DNA from: Escherichia coli
Lineage (GTDB): Bacteria; Pseudomonadota; Gammaproteobacteria; Enterobacterales; Enterobacteriaceae
Strand: one strand, 5' to 3'
Length of the DNA stretch: 64,000 bases
Assembly: GCF_003019035.1 (NCBI RefSeq)
Contig: NZ_CP027447.1
Under the pieces are notes generated by a model that was given only the letters and a program-made list of their open reading frames with translations, did no database searches and was not told the origin of the DNA. This document shows positions 1 to 13,200 of the stretch, piece after piece. Both the position numbers and the translations under genes were made by a program. Each line of letters starts with the position of its first letter. Position 1 is the first letter of the stretch.

Positions 1-259
1 CGGGCATTGGGTCCGCTTCCAGCACTGTTTTTGCATGATAATCATACAAATAGGTGCCATTACAGCAAATAGCAGGTGTATCCAGCGCCAGCGCCTGATA
101 AAAAGGATGAATAGCGACGTGATGGCGACCTGTGACGATGATTAATTGATAGCCTGCTTCGCGAGCGCGGGCCAGGGCTTCTATCGATGATGGAAGCAAG
201 GTCTTTTTCGGAGTCAATAAGGTGCCGTCTAAGTCGAGAGCAATCACGCGTGTGGTCAT
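1..259 (-). CDS. ybhA: HAD-family (Cof-type) phosphatase YbhA, N-terminal part; gene runs off the window start
   Basis: Reverse-strand translation from the ATG at 257-259 reads MTTRVIALDLDGTLL..., carrying the HAD DxDGT motif; divergent from pgl as in K-12. Confidence 0.8.
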   Translation of the reverse strand, partial: MTTRVIALDLDGTLLTPKKTLLPSSIEALARAREAGYQLIIVTGRHHVAIHPFYQALALDTPAICCNGTYLYDYHAKTVLEADPMP

Positions 260-377
260 GGCGTATTCCAGATTAAGGTTAAGAATTTTCTTCTGCGCGA
301 ATGGTACACCGATACCACTATTGGACAAAATTCTGCGTTTTAATTCAGCATTCACCGCCAAAAGCGACTAATTTTAG

Positions 378-1409
<1,032 letters not shown>

Positions 1410-1421
1410 CCGCTGATTTAA

Positions 1422-1446
1422 CCGGCGCAGTCTCTCCTGCGCCGGT
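1422..1446. terminator. Hairpin between convergent pgl and ybhD, probable bidirectional terminator
   Basis: Inverted repeat ccggcgcag / ctgcgccgg directly after the pgl stop. Confidence 0.45.
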
Positions 1447-1449
1447 GTA

Positions 1450-2403
1450 TTAACCTATCTCCTGTAACGCATGTCTCTGGCGTTCGACGATATTGGTCCA
1501 CAAATTGTCTTTATCGTCAGTCCACAAATTAATCAGCAAGGCAAAAAAGCGTTCAGCTGCCGGAGAAAGCACGGCATCTTTGCGGCGAATAATCCCCAAT
1601 GTCCGACGTATAACGGGTTCCACCAGTGGGATACCAATAATCGAAGAATAGGGCGCATGGGGCATTGCCAGACCAGGAAGCGCCGAAATCCCCAGTCCCG
1701 CCTCCACCAGCCCTAATGACGTCGAAAGATGACGCACTTCGTAAAACCAGTCCAGCTTCCAGGGCTTGTCGGCTAGCTGTTGTTCTATCAACAGTCGGTT
1801 GCCGCTGGAGGAGCGTACGCCAATCATTTTGTAACCCACTAACTCCTGCCATTCTACAAGCTGCTTTTTGGCCAATGGATGGTCACGCCGACAGGCCAGC
1901 ACGAACGGCTCGTTGACCAGTGGGGTAAAATCGATGGATGAATTTGTGACGTTGTTCATGTTTATGCCAAAGTCTGATTCGTTACACAGCACCGATTCCA
2001 TGCAATTATTCGTGCCTTGTTCCAGAATCCGCACTTTAATATTGGGATACAGCTCATTAAATTTACCGATTGCCAGCGGTAAAAAATAAAATACTGCGGT
2101 CGGAATACACGCTAATGTCACCATACCACGATGATAAGCATTCATATCACGAATATTAAAAAGCGTTTCATCGAATTTCTTTATTAATTCCCGCGCCTCC
2201 GGGAGCAATCTTTTTCCTGCTTTTGTTAACGTAACCTTGCGAGTTGTACGCTCAAATAGTTGGATATGTAAATCCTCCTCCATCTTTTTTATTCTTCGCG
2301 TTAATGCAGGTTGCGTAATATTGAGTAATTTAGCGGCATTGTTAAATGAACTGGACTCTGCCAGTATGACAAATGCCTTCATACTTGATAATTCATGCTT
2401 CAT
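1450..2403 (-). CDS. ybhD: LysR-family transcriptional regulator YbhD
   Basis: Track ORF 1450..2466 trimmed to the internal ATG (MKHELSS...), giving 317 aa; N-terminal HTH then LysR substrate domain. Confidence 0.85.
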   Translation of the reverse strand: MKHELSSMKAFVILAESSSFNNAAKLLNITQPALTRRIKKMEEDLHIQLFERTTRKVTLTKAGKRLLPEARELIKKFDETLFNIRDMNAYHRGMVTLACIPTAVFYFLPLAIGKFNELYPNIKVRILEQGTNNCMESVLCNESDFGINMNNVTNSSIDFTPLVNEPFVLACRRDHPLAKKQLVEWQELVGYKMIGVRSSSGNRLLIEQQLADKPWKLDWFYEVRHLSTSLGLVEAGLGISALPGLAMPHAPYSSIIGIPLVEPVIRRTLGIIRRKDAVLSPAAERFFALLINLWTDDKDNLWTNIVERQRHALQEIG

Positions 2404-2586
2404 TATTACTCCGGAAAATGGAAGCGTCGATTTTGGGTGGCTGACCGTTAAAAATTTTAACTGCATTTAACCAACTTAAATTAATGAAAAAATGTTATTA
2501 ATCGTTGAGCTAAAGTCATTAGAGATGCTTTGCCCTTAATGTAACCATATCGCAATAAGTTATGTTTTTAAATTGAGGGCATTATT

Positions 2587-3639
2587 ATGAAAAAAATACC
2601 CTGCGTGATGATGCGAGGTGGAACCTCGAGGGGCGCGTTCCTGTTAGCGGAACATCTACCCGAAGATCAAACGCAGCGCGATAAAATATTGATGGCAATT
2701 ATGGGTTCCGGTAACGATCTGGAAATTGACGGTATTGGCGGCGGTAATCCGCTGACCAGTAAAGTCGCCATTATTAGCCGCTCCAGCGATCCGCATGCAG
2801 ATGTCGATTATCTGTTTGCTCAAGTTATCGTCCATGAGCAACGTGTCGATACCACGCCTAACTGCGGCAATATGCTGTCTGGCGTTGGGGCATTCGCCAT
2901 TGAAAATGGTTTGATTGCAGCGACTTCGCCAGTTACCCGCGTACGTATCCGCAACGTCAATACGGGTACGTTCATCGAAGCTGATGTGCAAACGCCAAAT
3001 GGTGTTGTCGAGTACGAGGGTAGCGCCAGAATTGACGGCGTACCGGGTACTGCCGCACCGGTTGCGCTCACTTTCCTGAATGCCGCCGGAACGAAAACCG
3101 GAAAAGTCTTCCCGACAGATAATCAGATTGATTATTTTGACGATGTCCCGGTGACCTGTATCGATATGGCGATGCCAATTGTCATTATTCCTGCTGAATA
3201 TCTGGGAAAAACAGGCTATGAATTACCGGCAGAGCTGGATGCCGACAAAGCATTATTAGCCCGCATTGAATCTATCCGTCTACAAGCGGGTAAAGCAATG
3301 GGCTTAGGCGATGTCAGTAATATGGTTATCCCTAAACCTGTACTTATTTCTCCAGCGCAGAAAGGCGGGGCAATTAATGTGCGTTATTTTATGCCGCATT
3401 CTTGCCATCGCGCTTTGGCGATAACCGGTGCTATTGCTATTTCCAGTAGTTGTGCATTGGAAGGCACCGTCACCCGACAAATCGTCCCTTCTGTAGGATA
3501 CGGCAATATCAATATTGAACACCCCAGTGGTGCGCTCGACGTTCATTTAAGTAATGAAGGTCAGGATGCCACGACGTTACGCGCATCTGTTATTCGGACG
3601 ACCAGAAAAATATTTTCCGGTGAAGTTTATCTTCCCTGA
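2587..3639 (+). CDS. ybhH: PrpF-family isomerase-like protein YbhH
   Basis: 350-aa ORF; sequence and length match E. coli YbhH. Confidence 0.85.
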   Translation: MKKIPCVMMRGGTSRGAFLLAEHLPEDQTQRDKILMAIMGSGNDLEIDGIGGGNPLTSKVAIISRSSDPHADVDYLFAQVIVHEQRVDTTPNCGNMLSGVGAFAIENGLIAATSPVTRVRIRNVNTGTFIEADVQTPNGVVEYEGSARIDGVPGTAAPVALTFLNAAGTKTGKVFPTDNQIDYFDDVPVTCIDMAMPIVIIPAEYLGKTGYELPAELDADKALLARIESIRLQAGKAMGLGDVSNMVIPKPVLISPAQKGGAINVRYFMPHSCHRALAITGAIAISSSCALEGTVTRQIVPSVGYGNINIEHPSGALDVHLSNEGQDATTLRASVIRTTRKIFSGEVYLP

Positions 3640-3714
3640 AAAATTTTGTTGTCGTGATAATGACAATCAATAAAGGAATTCTGTATGAGTCATACAGAAA
3701 GAACAGGATATTAA

Positions 3715-5148
3715 ATGAATAAAAAATCGTTATGGAAGCTAATTCTGATATTAGCGATCCCATGTATTATTGGCTTTATGCCAGCTCCGGCAGGATTAAG
3801 CGAACTGGCGTGGGTGCTTTTTGGTATTTACCTGGCGGCCATTGTGGGACTGGTGATTAAGCCTTTCCCGGAACCTGTCGTACTGTTAATTGCCGTTGCT
3901 GCCTCCATGGTGGTGGTCGGTAACTTATCCGACGGTGCGTTTAAGACCACCGCCGTATTAAGCGGTTACTCTTCAGGTACCACCTGGCTGGTGTTCTCGG
4001 CGTTTACCTTAAGCGCCGCATTTGTGACCACCGGCTTAGGTAAACGTATTGCCTATTTGCTGATTGGTAAAATTGGTAGCACTACCCTGGGTCTGGGTTA
4101 CGTTACGGTATTCCTCGATCTGGTACTGGCTCCGGCAACACCGTCTAACACCGCGCGTGCGGGCGGCATTGTGTTACCGATCATCAACAGCGTGGCGGTG
4201 GCTTTGGGGTCAGAACCGGAAAAAAGTCCGCGTCGTGTCGGACATTACCTGATGATGTCCATTTACATGGTCACCAAAACCACCAGCTATATGTTCTTTA
4301 CCGCAATGGCGGGGAACATTCTGGCGCTGAAAATGATCAACGACATTCTGCACCTGCAAATTAGCTGGGGTGGATGGGCGCTGGCCGCCGGATTGCCGGG
4401 CATCATTATGCTGCTGGTCACCCCGCTGGTGATTTACACCATGTATCCACCAGAAATTAAGAAGGTGGATAACAAAACCATCGCTAAAGCGGGCCTTGCC
4501 GAACTGGGACCGATGAAAATCCGCGAAAAAATGCTGCTCGGTGTCTTTGTGCTGGCGCTGCTGGGCTGGATTTTCAGTAAGTCTCTGGGGGTTGATGAAT
4601 CCACCGTGGCAATCGTTGTTATGGCAACTATGCTGCTGCTGGGCATCGTTACCTGGGAAGACGTGGTTAAAAATAAAGGCGGCTGGAATACCTTAATCTG
4701 GTACGGCGGTATTATCGGCTTAAGCTCCTTATTATCGAAAGTTAAATTCTTCGAATGGTTAGCTGAAGTCTTTAAAAATAACCTGGCATTTGATGGTCAC
4801 GGGAACGTTGCTTTCTTCGTTATTATTTTCCTCAGCATCATCGTGCGTTATTTCTTCGCTTCTGGTAGTGCCTATATCGTTGCCATGTTACCGGTATTTG
4901 CCATGCTGGCGAATGTCTCCGGCGCACCGTTAATGTTAACCGCGCTGGCACTGTTGTTCTCTAACTCCTATGGCGGCATGGTTACTCACTATGGCGGCGC
5001 GGCAGGTCCGGTCATCTTTGGCGTGGGTTACAACGATATTAAATCCTGGTGGTTGGTCGGTGCGGTACTGACGATATTAACCTTCCTGGTGCATATCACC
5101 CTCGGCGTGTGGTGGTGGAATATGCTGATCGGCTGGAACATGCTGTAA
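3715..5148 (+). CDS. ybhI: DASS-family anion:sodium symporter-like inner membrane transporter YbhI
   Basis: 477-aa polytopic membrane protein; matches YbhI in length and position. Confidence 0.85.
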   Translation: MNKKSLWKLILILAIPCIIGFMPAPAGLSELAWVLFGIYLAAIVGLVIKPFPEPVVLLIAVAASMVVVGNLSDGAFKTTAVLSGYSSGTTWLVFSAFTLSAAFVTTGLGKRIAYLLIGKIGSTTLGLGYVTVFLDLVLAPATPSNTARAGGIVLPIINSVAVALGSEPEKSPRRVGHYLMMSIYMVTKTTSYMFFTAMAGNILALKMINDILHLQISWGGWALAAGLPGIIMLLVTPLVIYTMYPPEIKKVDNKTIAKAGLAELGPMKIREKMLLGVFVLALLGWIFSKSLGVDESTVAIVVMATMLLLGIVTWEDVVKNKGGWNTLIWYGGIIGLSSLLSKVKFFEWLAEVFKNNLAFDGHGNVAFFVIIFLSIIVRYFFASGSAYIVAMLPVFAMLANVSGAPLMLTALALLFSNSYGGMVTHYGGAAGPVIFGVGYNDIKSWWLVGAVLTILTFLVHITLGVWWWNMLIGWNML

Positions 5149-5330
5149 ATATACTCGTCATACTTCAAGTTGCATGTGCTGCGTCTGCGTTCGCTCACCC
5201 CAGTCACTTACTTATGTAAGCTCCTGGGGATTCACTCGCTTGTCGCCTTCCTGCAACTCGAATTATATAGAGTATATCCATTTATTATCTTTCTGCGCAC
5301 TTTCCGGTGCGCAGATATCTGGAGCATTTG

Positions 5331-7592
5331 ATGATCAAGTTATCTGAAAAAGGCGTGTTTCTCGCCAGTAATAAGGAAATAATTGCCGAAGAACATTTCA
5401 TCGGTGAAATAAAAAAAGAAGAAGCAAAAAAAGGCACTATTGCCTGGTCTATTCTCTCTTCTCATAATACGTCTGGTAATATGGATAAACTTAAAATTAA
5501 GTTTGATTCATTAGCCTCTCACGATATTACCTTTGTTGGTATTGTACAGACCGCTAAAGCGTCCGGTATGGAACGTTTCCCGCTGCCGTATGTGCTGACC
5601 AACTGCCATAACTCACTCTGCGCCGTCGGCGGCACTATTAACGGTGATGATCATGTTTTTGGTTTATCGGCAGCCCAGCGTTATGGCGGTATTTTTGTGC
5701 CTCCGCACATTGCGGTCATCCATCAATATATGCGTGAGATGATGGCAGGCGGCGGCAAAATGATCCTCGGGTCAGACAGCCACACCCGTTACGGTGCATT
5801 AGGGACAATGGCAGTCGGTGAGGGCGGCGGTGAGTTGGTAAAACAGCTGCTTAATGACACCTGGGATATCGACTATCCGGGCGTGGTTGCGGTGCATCTG
5901 ACCGGAAAACCTGCGCCGTATGTGGGGCCGCAGGATGTGGCGCTGGCTATCATCGGTGCCGTGTTCAAAAACGGTTACGTCAAAAACAAAGTGATGGAGT
6001 TCGTAGGTCCCGGTGTTGCAGCGCTCTCTACCGATTTCCGCAACAGCGTTGACGTGATGACCACTGAAACGACCTGTTTAAGTTCTGTCTGGCAAACCGA
6101 TGAAGAAGTCCATAACTGGCTGGCGCTGCACGGTCGCGGCCAGGATTACTGCCAGCTTAACCCTCAACCGATGGCGTACTACGATGGCTGCATCAGCGTT
6201 GATTTAAGCGCCATCAAACCAATGATTGCGCTGCCGTTCCACCCGAGCAACGTCTATGAAATCGACACGCTGAACCAGAACCTGACCGACATTCTGCGTG
6301 AGATTGAAATTGAGTCCGAACGCGTGGCGCACGGTAAAGCCAAACTCTCGCTGCTGGATAAAGTCGAAAACGGTCGCCTGAAAGTGCAGCAGGGGATTAT
6401 CGCGGGCTGTTCTGGCGGTAACTATGAAAACGTCATCGCGGCGGCGAATGCGCTGCGCGGTCAATCCTGTGGCAATGACACCTTCTCGTTAGCGGTTTAC
6501 CCGTCATCACAGCCGGTGTTTATGGATCTCGCCAAAAAAGGTGTGGTAGCAGATTTGATTGGCGCAGGCGCAATCATCAGAACCGCGTTCTGCGGCCCAT
6601 GCTTTGGCGCGGGCGATACGCCAATCAACAACGGTTTGAGTATTCGCCACACCACGCGAAACTTCCCGAATCGCGAAGGCTCTAAGCCAGCCAATGGGCA
6701 GATGTCAGCGGTGGCGTTGATGGACGCTCGTTCTATCGCTGCGACTGCGGCAAACGGTGGCTATTTAACCTCTGCCAGCGCGCTGGATTGCTGGGACAAC
6801 GTGCCGGAGTACGCCTTCGATGTAACGCCGTATAAAAACCGTGTTTATCAGGGCTTTGTGAAAGGGGCGACCCAGCAACCGCTGATTTACGGACCGAACA
6901 TTAAAGACTGGCCGGAATTGGGTGCGCTGACTGACAATATCGTCCTCAAAGTGTGCTCAAAGATCCTCGACGAAGTGACCACCACCGACGAACTGATCCC
7001 TTCCGGTGAAACCTCTTCTTATCGTTCAAATCCGATTGGTCTGGCGGAGTTTACCCTGTCACGCCGCGATCCAGGTTATGTTGGCAGAAGTAAAGCGACT
7101 GCTGAGCTGGAAAATCAGCGTCTGGCGGGGAATGTCAGCGAGCTGACAGAGGTGTTTGCGCGCATTAAGCAGATTGCTGGTCAGGAACATGTTGATCCGC
7201 TGCAAACTGAAATTGGCAGCATGGTTTATGCGGTGAAACCAGGCGATGGTTCTGCGCGTGAACAGGCGGCGAGTTGTCAGCGTGTGATTGGCGGTCTGGC
7301 GAATATTGCCGAGGAGTACGCGACTAAACGCTATCGTTCTAACGTCATCAACTGGGGGATGTTACCGCTGCAGATGGCGGAAGCGCCAACCTTTGAAGTG
7401 GGGGATTACATTTACATCCCTGGCATTAAAGCGGCACTGGATAATCCGGGTACGACGTTTAAAGGTTATGTGATCCATGAAGATGCGCCGGTAACGGAAA
7501 TTACGCTTTACATGGAAAGCCTGACGGCTGAAGAGCGCGAGATTATCAAGGCGGGTAGTTTGATTAACTTCAATAAAAACCGTCAGATGTAA
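5331..7592 (+). CDS. ybhJ: Aconitase-family protein YbhJ
   Basis: Track ORF 5307..7592 trimmed to ATG at 5331 (MIKLSEKG...) behind a GGAG RBS, giving 753 aa; Cys-containing aconitase-like region. Confidence 0.85.
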   Translation: MIKLSEKGVFLASNKEIIAEEHFIGEIKKEEAKKGTIAWSILSSHNTSGNMDKLKIKFDSLASHDITFVGIVQTAKASGMERFPLPYVLTNCHNSLCAVGGTINGDDHVFGLSAAQRYGGIFVPPHIAVIHQYMREMMAGGGKMILGSDSHTRYGALGTMAVGEGGGELVKQLLNDTWDIDYPGVVAVHLTGKPAPYVGPQDVALAIIGAVFKNGYVKNKVMEFVGPGVAALSTDFRNSVDVMTTETTCLSSVWQTDEEVHNWLALHGRGQDYCQLNPQPMAYYDGCISVDLSAIKPMIALPFHPSNVYEIDTLNQNLTDILREIEIESERVAHGKAKLSLLDKVENGRLKVQQGIIAGCSGGNYENVIAAANALRGQSCGNDTFSLAVYPSSQPVFMDLAKKGVVADLIGAGAIIRTAFCGPCFGAGDTPINNGLSIRHTTRNFPNREGSKPANGQMSAVALMDARSIAATAANGGYLTSASALDCWDNVPEYAFDVTPYKNRVYQGFVKGATQQPLIYGPNIKDWPELGALTDNIVLKVCSKILDEVTTTDELIPSGETSSYRSNPIGLAEFTLSRRDPGYVGRSKATAELENQRLAGNVSELTEVFARIKQIAGQEHVDPLQTEIGSMVYAVKPGDGSAREQAASCQRVIGGLANIAEEYATKRYRSNVINWGMLPLQMAEAPTFEVGDYIYIPGIKAALDNPGTTFKGYVIHEDAPVTEITLYMESLTAEEREIIKAGSLINFNKNRQM

Positions 7593-7596
7593 AAAA

Positions 7597-7660
7597 AGGC
7601 GCTATGAAATATAGCGCCCAGTTTCATTAACCCGATGGTTCAGACTATCGGGTTTTCTTT
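7597..7660. terminator. Two hairpins between convergent ybhJ and ybhC
   Basis: ggcgctat...atagcgcc hairpin preceded by an A-run (terminator for minus-strand ybhC) and cccgat...atcggg hairpin followed by a T-run (terminator for ybhJ). Confidence 0.5.
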
Positions 7661-7662
7661 TT

Positions 7663-8946
7663 TTACTTCTTCGCCTCTGCAACCACTTTGCTACCCACGC
7701 CGCGGTTATTGTATTCCCACATGCGGTTGTAGTTAGTGTCATTCAGATTGCGCTGTACTTCGTCGTTATCATCAACGCTGCCGGTGTTACCTGCGAATGG
7801 ACGATTGGAAATCACCGCATCAGCCCACGGTTTAGCCGTGTTAAAACCTTCGTTGATGGCGCTATCACGGATCACTACCTGACCGTTGGTATTGGCATCA
7901 ACATCCAGCGAGCGGCCCAGTTGTGCCACGCCATCACCGGAAGCATTGAAACGGCTGTTTACGGCGAGGAAACCGTAGTAAATGTTGGACAGCGTAGCCG
8001 GTGCAAACACATACGCTTCTTGCTGGGTACGGGAGTTCACCACGCGGAATTCGGTGTTATCGAACACCACTGCGCCGCGACCAGAAACGATATCCACATC
8101 CCCTTCAATATAGCTGTTGGTCACCAGCGTACGCGGCTGACGGTTGGTTTCCAGACGGTTCTGCACACCGCTGTTGGTGACAAAGAAGGTGTTCTGACGA
8201 CCGAGAATGTTGACGTTATTGATCTGCACTTTGTCGCCATCAGTACGCAGTGCCACCGCCGGATGGTTACCCGCATCTACTCTATCGCCCAGCGTGTTTT
8301 CGATGGTCAGGTTTTGCAGTTGCAGGCCATTGTTTTGTGACCAGAAGACCGCAGAGCAGAGAACACCGATACTGTCGCTGCGTTTACTCTGGCAGCTGTC
8401 GTACATATACCACGCCGGTTTACCTGGCATATATTTGCCGCGCGGGTTGACGTCGTGACGCCAGTCGGCAGGGCTCATGCCACCATCAAGGGAAAGCCCA
8501 ATCTTCACATCAATCGGTTTTTCACCTGTACCGTACAGAGTAATTCCACCCGGAGCGGCAGGGACATACACCGTTCCCTGATACTCACCAGGCATCACGG
8601 CAATATACTGGCGCTTGTTGGTACGCTTGATAATTGCCGCATCTACCGCCGCCTGAATCGTGGTATGCGTTACACCTTGAGTACCCGCCGGGCCGACAAC
8701 AAAGTCAGGTTGTGCAGGCAGGGTAATCGGGGAAGGATTCCACGCTGCAGCACCTGGTGTCAGGGATGCAAAATAGTGTTGAGCATCGAAATTCTGCGCT
8801 TCTTTTGCCGACAGAATCGGGCGAGAAGAGGTACCAGGCGCGGTTTGATCAGAAGGACGTTGATCGGGCGGTGTTGAGCTACAGGCGGTCAGCGTCACGC
8901 CAAAAGCCAATGCCAGCGCCAGACGGGAAACTGAAAATGTGTTCAC
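7663..8946 (-). CDS. ybhC: Outer-membrane lipoprotein YbhC, pectinesterase-like fold
   Basis: 427-aa ORF with signal peptide and lipobox (LTAC); matches YbhC. Confidence 0.9.
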   Translation of the reverse strand: MNTFSVSRLALALAFGVTLTACSSTPPDQRPSDQTAPGTSSRPILSAKEAQNFDAQHYFASLTPGAAAWNPSPITLPAQPDFVVGPAGTQGVTHTTIQAAVDAAIIKRTNKRQYIAVMPGEYQGTVYVPAAPGGITLYGTGEKPIDVKIGLSLDGGMSPADWRHDVNPRGKYMPGKPAWYMYDSCQSKRSDSIGVLCSAVFWSQNNGLQLQNLTIENTLGDRVDAGNHPAVALRTDGDKVQINNVNILGRQNTFFVTNSGVQNRLETNRQPRTLVTNSYIEGDVDIVSGRGAVVFDNTEFRVVNSRTQQEAYVFAPATLSNIYYGFLAVNSRFNASGDGVAQLGRSLDVDANTNGQVVIRDSAINEGFNTAKPWADAVISNRPFAGNTGSVDDNDEVQRNLNDTNYNRMWEYNNRGVGSKVVAEAKK

Positions 8947-9097
8947 AGGTTGCTCCGGGCTATGAAATAGAAAAATGAATCCGTTGAAGCCTGCTTTTTT
9001 ATACTAACTTTAGCGAAACGGGAAGGTAAAAAGACAAAAAGTTGTTTTTAATACCTTTAAGTGATACCAGATGGCATTGCGCCATCTGGCAGAGTGA

Positions 9098-9574
9098 TTA
9101 ACTAAACATCGCAGTAATCGAGGCGCTTGCCAGAGAGTGGAAATGAACGTTAAACCCGACCATCGCGCCGCTGGCACCTTCATCGACATCAATACGTTCT
9201 ACATCCAGCGCGTGAACGGTAAAAATGTAGCGATGGGTTTCGCCTTTCGGCGGCGCTGCACCATCGTACCCGGTTTTACCAAAGTCGGTACGCGTCTGCA
9301 AAACGCCGTCTGGCATTGCTACCAGACCAGAGCCAAACCCTTGCGGTAATACGCGGGTATCAGCGGGTAAATTAACAACTACCCAGTGCCACCAGCCGGA
9401 GCCAGTTGGCGCATCCGGGTCGTAGCAGGTGACAACAAAACTTTTCGTTCCCACAGGAACATCATCCCACGCCAGATGCGGTGAAATATTATCGCCATCG
9501 TAACCCATGCCGTTAAAGACATGACGATGCGGCAGCTTATCGCCATCGCGTAAATCATTACTGATGAGTTTCAT
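9098..9574 (-). CDS. ybhB: PEBP (Raf kinase inhibitor-like) family protein YbhB
   Basis: 158-aa ORF; sequence and length match YbhB. Confidence 0.9.
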   Translation of the reverse strand: MKLISNDLRDGDKLPHRHVFNGMGYDGDNISPHLAWDDVPVGTKSFVVTCYDPDAPTGSGWWHWVVVNLPADTRVLPQGFGSGLVAMPDGVLQTRTDFGKTGYDGAAPPKGETHRYIFTVHALDVERIDVDEGASGAMVGFNVHFHSLASASITAMFS

Positions 9575-9632
9575 GAGCCCTCCTTTCTTGTTTGCAGAAA
9601 GTGTAGCCAGAAACCCTCACGCTGACTTCCCG

Positions 9633-10922
9633 TTATTGGCAAAAAAATGTTTCATCCTGCACCGCACGATTAACCGCTGCGGTCAGACGCTGCAACTGTT
9701 GCGGGAGAATAATATAGGGCGGCATCAGGTAAATCAGTTTGCCAAAAGGCCGGATCCAGACACCCTGTTCGACAAAGAATTTTTGCAGCGCTGCCATATT
9801 CACCGGACGAGTGGTTTCGACCACGCCGATTGCCCCCAGTACGCGCACATCGGCAACCATTTCGGCGTCACCGGCGGGGGCAAGTTGCTCGCGTAGCTGT
9901 ACTTCAATAGCCGCCACCTGATGCTGCCAGTCGCCAGATTCGAGAATCGCCAGGCTGGCGTTTGCTGCTGCGCAGGCCAGCGGATTGCCCATAAAAGTTG
10001 GCCCATGCATAAAGCAGCCGGCTTCGCCGTTACTGATGGTTTCTGCAACCTCGCGCGTGGTGAGTGTGGCGGAAAGGGTCATTGTGCCGCCGGTTAAGGC
10101 TTTACCGAGACACAAAATATCCGGCGCGATTTCTGCATGTTCACAGGCAAACAGTTTGCCGGTACGACCAAATCCGGTGGCGATCTCGTCGGCAATCAGC
10201 AAGATACCTTCGCGATCGCACATTTTGCGGATTCGTTTTAACCATTCCGGATGGTAGATGCGCATCCCGCCTGCGCCCTGGACAATCGGTTCAATGATCA
10301 CTGCGGCGATTTCATGACGATGCGCCGCCATCAGGCGGGCAAAGCCCACCATATCGCGTTCATCCCATTCACCATCCAGGCGGCTTTGCGGGGCGGGAGC
10401 AAACAAGTTTTCTGGCAGATAGCCTTTCCACAGGCTGTGCATTGAGTTGTCCGGATCGCACACCGACATCGCGCCAAAGGTATCGCCATGATAACCATTG
10501 CGGAAGGTCAGAAAACGCTGGCGCGCTTCGCCTTTGGCCTGCCAGTACTGCAACGCCATTTTCATCGCCACTTCTACCGCTACGGAGCCGGAGTCCGCGA
10601 GAAAAACGCACTCCAGCGGTTGCGGCGTCATTGCCACCAATTTGCGGCACAGCTCAATGGCGGGCGCATGGGTGATACCGCCAAACATCACATGCGACAT
10701 AGCATCAATTTGCGATTTCATCGCCGCATTAAGCTGCGGGTGATTGTAACCGTGGATCGCCGCCCACCAGGACGACATACCGTCAACAAGGCGTCTGCCG
10801 TCAGACAAAATTAGCTCGCAACCTTCGGCGCTCGCCACCGGATAAACCGGTAGCGGGGAGGTCATGGATGTGTATGGGTGCCAGATATGGCGTTGGTCAA
10901 AGGCAAGATCGTCCGTTGTCAT
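9633..10922 (-). CDS. bioA: Adenosylmethionine-8-amino-7-oxononanoate aminotransferase
   Basis: Track ORF 9633..11033 trimmed to the ATG at 10922 ([17 protein letters not shown]...), giving 429 aa; divergent from bioB. Confidence 0.95.
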   Translation of the reverse strand: MTTDDLAFDQRHIWHPYTSMTSPLPVYPVASAEGCELILSDGRRLVDGMSSWWAAIHGYNHPQLNAAMKSQIDAMSHVMFGGITHAPAIELCRKLVAMTPQPLECVFLADSGSVAVEVAMKMALQYWQAKGEARQRFLTFRNGYHGDTFGAMSVCDPDNSMHSLWKGYLPENLFAPAPQSRLDGEWDERDMVGFARLMAAHRHEIAAVIIEPIVQGAGGMRIYHPEWLKRIRKMCDREGILLIADEIATGFGRTGKLFACEHAEIAPDILCLGKALTGGTMTLSATLTTREVAETISNGEAGCFMHGPTFMGNPLACAAANASLAILESGDWQHQVAAIEVQLREQLAPAGDAEMVADVRVLGAIGVVETTRPVNMAALQKFFVEQGVWIRPFGKLIYLMPPYIILPQQLQRLTAAVNRAVQDETFFCQ

Positions 10923-10929
10923 AATCGAC

Positions 10930-10972
10930 TTGTAAACCAAATTGAAAAGATTTAGGTTTACGAGTCTACACC
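10930..10972. promoter_or_regulatory. bio operator (BirA binding palindrome) within the divergent bioA/bioBFCD promoters
   Basis: ttgtaaaccaaattgaaaagatttaggtttac... is a near-perfect inverted repeat in the 86-bp bioA–bioB gap; matches the known bioO sequence from memory. Confidence 0.8.
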
Positions 10973-11008
10973 GAATTAACAACAAAAAACACGTTTTGGA
11001 GAAGCCCC

Positions 11009-12049
11009 ATGGCTCACCGCCCACGCTGGACATTGTCGCAAGTCACAGAATTATTTGAAAAACCGTTGCTGGATCTGCTGTTTGAAGCGCAGCAGGTGCA
11101 TCGTCAGCATTTCGATCCTCGTCAGGTGCAGGTCAGCACTTTGCTGTCGATTAAGACCGGAGCTTGTCCGGAAGATTGCAAATATTGCCCGCAAAGCTCG
11201 CGCTACAAAACCGGGCTGGAAGCCGAGCGGTTGATGGAAGTTGAACAGGTGCTGGAGTCGGCGCGCAAAGCGAAAGCGGCAGGATCGACGCGCTTCTGCA
11301 TGGGCGCGGCGTGGAAGAATCCCCACGAACGCGATATGCCGTACCTGGAACAAATGGTGCAGGGGGTAAAAGCGATGGGGCTGGAGGCGTGTATGACGCT
11401 GGGCACGTTGAGTGAATCTCAAGCGCAGCGCCTGGCGAATGCCGGGCTGGATTACTACAACCACAACCTCGACACCTCGCCGGAGTTTTACGGCAATATC
11501 ATCACCACGCGTACCTATCAGGAACGCCTCGATACGCTGGAAAAAGTGCGCGACGCCGGGATCAAAGTCTGTTCAGGCGGCATTGTGGGCTTAGGCGAAA
11601 CAGTAAAAGATCGCGCCGGATTATTGCTGCAACTGGCAAACCTGCCAACACCGCCGGAAAGCGTACCAATCAACATGCTGGTGAAGGTGAAAGGCACGCC
11701 GCTGGCGGATAACGATGATGTCGATGCCTTTGATTTTATTCGCACCATTGCAGTTGCGCGGATCATGATGCCGACCTCTTACGTGCGCCTTTCTGCCGGA
11801 CGCGAGCAGATGAACGAACAGACTCAGGCAATGTGCTTTATGGCTGGCGCAAACTCGATTTTCTACGGTTGCAAACTGCTGACCACGCCGAATCCGGAAG
11901 AAGATAAAGACCTGCAACTGTTCCGCAAACTGGGGCTAAATCCGCAGCAAACTGCCGTGCTGGCGGGCGATAACGAACAACAGCAGCGTCTGGAGCAGGC
12001 ACTGATGACCCCGGACACTGACGAATATTACAACGCGGCAGCACTATGA
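11009..12049 (+). CDS. bioB: Biotin synthase (radical SAM)
   Basis: 346-aa ORF with CxxxCxxC motif (CPEDCKYC). Confidence 0.95.
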   Translation: MAHRPRWTLSQVTELFEKPLLDLLFEAQQVHRQHFDPRQVQVSTLLSIKTGACPEDCKYCPQSSRYKTGLEAERLMEVEQVLESARKAKAAGSTRFCMGAAWKNPHERDMPYLEQMVQGVKAMGLEACMTLGTLSESQAQRLANAGLDYYNHNLDTSPEFYGNIITTRTYQERLDTLEKVRDAGIKVCSGGIVGLGETVKDRAGLLLQLANLPTPPESVPINMLVKVKGTPLADNDDVDAFDFIRTIAVARIMMPTSYVRLSAGREQMNEQTQAMCFMAGANSIFYGCKLLTTPNPEEDKDLQLFRKLGLNPQQTAVLAGDNEQQQRLEQALMTPDTDEYYNAAAL

Positions 12050-13200
12050 GCTGGCAGGATAAAATCAACGCGGCGCTCGATGCGCGGCGTGCTGCCGATG
12101 CCCTGCGTCGCCGTTATCCGGTGGCGCAAGGGGCCGGACGCTGGCTGGTGGCGGACGATCGCCAGTATCTGAACTTTTCCAGTAACGATTATTTAGGTTT
12201 AAGCCATCATCCGCAAATTATCCGTGCCTGGAAGCAGAGTGCGGAGCAATTTGGCGTCGGTAGCGGCGGCTCCGGTCACGTCAGCGGTTATAGCGTGGCG
12301 CATCAGGCGCTGGAAGAAGAACTGGCCGAGTGGCTGGGCTATTCGCGGGCACTGCTGTTTATCTCTGGTTTTGCCGCTAATCAGGCCGTCATTGCCGCGA
12401 TGATGGCAAAAGAGGACCGCATTGTTGCTGACCGGCTTAGCCATGCCTCATTGCTGGAAGCTGCCAGTTTAAGCCCGTCGCAGCTTCGCCGTTTTGCTCA
12501 TAACGATGTCACTCATCTGGCGCGACTGCTTGCTTCCCCCTGTCCGGGGCAGCAACTGGTGGTGACAGAAGGCGTGTTCAGCATGGACGGCGATAGTGCG
12601 CCACTGGCGGAAATCCAGCAGGTAACGCAACAGCACGATGGCTGGTTGATGGTCGATGACGCCCACGGCACGGGCGTTATCGGGGAGCAGGGGCGTGGCA
12701 GCTGCTGGCTGCAAAAGGTAAAACCAGAATTGCTGGTGGTGACTTTTGGCAAAGGATTTGGCGTCAGCGGGGCAGCGGTGCTTTGCTCCAATACGGTGGC
12801 GGATTATCTGCTGCAATTCGCCCGCCATCTTATCTACAGCACCAGTATGCCGCCCGCTCAGGCGCAGGCATTACGTGCGTCGCTGGCGGTCATTCGCAGT
12901 GATGAGGGTGATGCACGGCGCGAAAAACTGGCGGCACTCATTACGCGTTTTCGTGCCGGAGTGCAGGATTTGCCGTTTACGCTTGCTGATTCATGGAGCG
13001 CCATCCAGCCATTGATCGTCGGTGATAACAGCCGTGCGTTACAACTGGCAGAAAAACTGCGCCAGCAAGGTTGCTGGGTCACGGCGATTCGCCCGCCAAC
13101 CGTACCCGCTGGTACTGCGCGACTGCGCTTAACGCTAACCGCAGCGCATGAAATGCAGGATATCGATAGTCTGCTGGAGGTGCTGCATGACAACGGTTAA
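12046..13200 (+). CDS. bioF: 8-amino-7-oxononanoate synthase
   Basis: 384-aa ORF whose start overlaps the bioB stop; PLP-dependent acyltransferase. Confidence 0.95.
   Translation: MSWQDKINAALDARRAADALRRRYPVAQGAGRWLVADDRQYLNFSSNDYLGLSHHPQIIRAWKQSAEQFGVGSGGSGHVSGYSVAHQALEEELAEWLGYSRALLFISGFAANQAVIAAMMAKEDRIVADRLSHASLLEAASLSPSQLRRFAHNDVTHLARLLASPCPGQQLVVTEGVFSMDGDSAPLAEIQQVTQQHDGWLMVDDAHGTGVIGEQGRGSCWLQKVKPELLVVTFGKGFGVSGAAVLCSNTVADYLLQFARHLIYSTSMPPAQAQALRASLAVIRSDEGDARREKLAALITRFRAGVQDLPFTLADSWSAIQPLIVGDNSRALQLAEKLRQQGCWVTAIRPPTVPAGTARLRLTLTAAHEMQDIDSLLEVLHDNG

Noticed and set aside
9633-11033. N-terminally extended ORF-track starts (bioA, ybhD, ybhJ, bioC, ybhK, moaA, moaD, ybhL, ybhS, ybhF, cecR, dinG, ybiX, mcbA, rlmF, ybiO, dps, rhtA, ompX)
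   Set aside because: In each case an internal ATG or GTG with a Shine-Dalgarno sequence gives the length and N-terminus I recall for the E. coli protein; the extension would run into the neighbouring gene or promoter.
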